This document shows, piece after piece, positions 62,421-64,000 of a DNA stretch of 64,000 bases. The stretch spans positions 11,594,001 through 11,658,000 of the forward strand of contig OZ024740.1 in the NCBI GenBank assembly GCA_964016885.1, given 5' to 3'. The position numbers were made by a program, and so were the translations under genes. The DNA is from Eledone cirrhosa. Its lineage: Eukaryota. The stretch's first letter is position 1. Every line of letters starts with the position of its first letter. The notes beneath the pieces were generated by a model. It was not told where the DNA came from and did no database searches. It saw only the letters and a list, made by a program, of their open reading frames with translations.

Positions 62421-64000
62421 TTTCAATTCAATTCAATATATTTGGCAGAAAATAAAACATAGATGCTTCAGATGCCATGTAAGGAGGGGAGAGGGGCAAA
62501 ATTTACACAGTGAAACAGCTTTTTGTCATGTCCACGTAGACACCTTTCAAGTGCCAGAGTGAATAAGAGGTCTTGAGGGAGATCATAATGGCCATTGAAG
62601 AGATTGTAAGCCAAAATGAGATCGCCTCGTAGCCGTCGACGCTCCAAGGAGAAGAGGTTCAGCTTCTGCAGCCGGCTTTCGTAGGGCAGCTCATGAAGAC
62701 CCTGTACCATTCGAGTCACTAGTCGTTGAACTCTCTCCAAGTGATGGATATCCCGGATGAGATATGGGTTTGATGCTTGGATGCCATATTCTAGGTGCGG
62801 TCTCACGAGGGCGACATAGAGAGGCCTGAAAATTTCTGGAGTGAGTTTGGCAAAGGAGCGTCCAATAAGAAAAAGAGAGTTCCTTGCCTTGTTTGCGGCT
62901 TGAATGCAATGTTTTGATGGTTTGAAGGACGAGTCGACCAGCAAACCAAGATCTTTAGTCTCCTCAACCTCCTTCAAAGGAGTAGTACCACCGTTGAAGG
63001 TAAGAGCTGAGTTATAAGGTGTACCCACTGCCATATGACAACACTTATCGACATTGAGGTATAAATCCCCGTCAATGGACCAACTCCAGGCGCACTGGAG
63101 ACTGGACGTGAGATTGTCGATCTCGCTCCTACGGGCTACCATCTTCACATCTGCAAATAGGAGCACGTTTCCACCAATCATGTCCGGCATGTCGTTGATG
63201 TATAGATGGAAAAGAATTGGGCCCAACACAGAACCCTGGGGAACGCCACTGCCCACACCCACCCCCGATGACAAACTGCCATTGATCCAAACTCTGCAAG
63301 AATGACCCTCAAGAAATGATCCAATCCACTTTATAATCGAGTCATGGAGACCATAGTTGCTGAGCTTATACAGGAGCAGGCGGTGGTTGACAGAGTCAAA
63401 GGCTTTGGCGAAGTCGAGAAAGATAATATCGGCCGCATCTCCATCGTCTATTATTCTCCTCACCCATTCTTCCATCACGAGTAGGTTTGTAAGACAGGAA
63501 CATTTCTGGATGAAACCGTGTTGCGATGGAGAGATGGCAGTGAAAGACGCAAGATGAGCCATAATTGCCCGCTTGATTAGAGATTCCAAGGCCTTACAGA
63601 CAATTGAGGTGAGGCTCACGGGTCTGTAGTTCCCTGGGTCTTCTTTGTCGCCTTTTTTAAAGATAGGGCAAATTGTAGCTACTTTCCAGTGGGCAGGAAC
63701 AACTCCGGTAGGTCAATGATAGGTTGAATAGCATGGCTAGAGGTTTAGCAAGGTTGGGTGCAACTGCACCCAAAATCACTGGATGTAGACCATCTGGACC
63801 ATGCCCCTTATTCACATCTAAGGACAAAAGCAACTTTTCCACCTCGTCCGGTCTGATGGCGGGGCGATCGTGTTTAGATTTGGAGGTTCTCTGCCATCGT
63901 CCTCTTTGAAGATATTTGCAAAAACATCGGCAAAAAGAGAAGCTTGTTGGTCAGCGTGTTCAATAACTGCACCTTCGGGGTTTTGAAGAGTGACAATTTG
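62420..64000 (-). mobile_element. CR1-clade LINE ORF2 (RT), frameshifted, running off the window end
   Basis: GPDGLHP, NYRPVSLTSIVCK, QHGF, FLDFAKAFDSVNH, GVPQGSVLGP, LLFAD, VRPHLEY, LERRRLRGDLI, LRGH; (TTGAA)n tail on the - strand. Confidence 0.93.

Overview
Eukaryotic, AT-rich and microsatellite-dense genomic DNA. The repeat landscape (tRNA-derived SINEs, RTE and CR1 LINE relics, many MITEs) suggests a mollusc, most likely an octopus or other coleoid cephalopod; this is an inference. Main contents: (1) ten phase-consistent + strand coding exons (381-30084) of an hnRNP R/Q (SYNCRIP/Syp) gene whose start lies upstream of the window. Its first visible intron (13 kb) is about 70% filled by three unrelated tandem arrays (33, 27 and 46 bp units). 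Later introns carry RTE LINE fragments in both orientations and a head-to-tail Helitron array. (2) A long gene-free stretch with several hairpin MITEs, plus a possible unannotated spliced ORF at 46.4-48.8 kb. (3) An intact RAD51B with no intron in its coding sequence (- strand), head-to-head with an intact IS630/Tc1-type transposase ORF whose first catalytic Asp is replaced by Gly and which has no clean TIRs (candidate domesticated transposase). (4) A MITE cluster, a Penelope-like GIY-YIG fragment and a CR1-type RT at the right end. The ~1390-aa ORFs at 1.3-5.5 kb are satellite artefacts.
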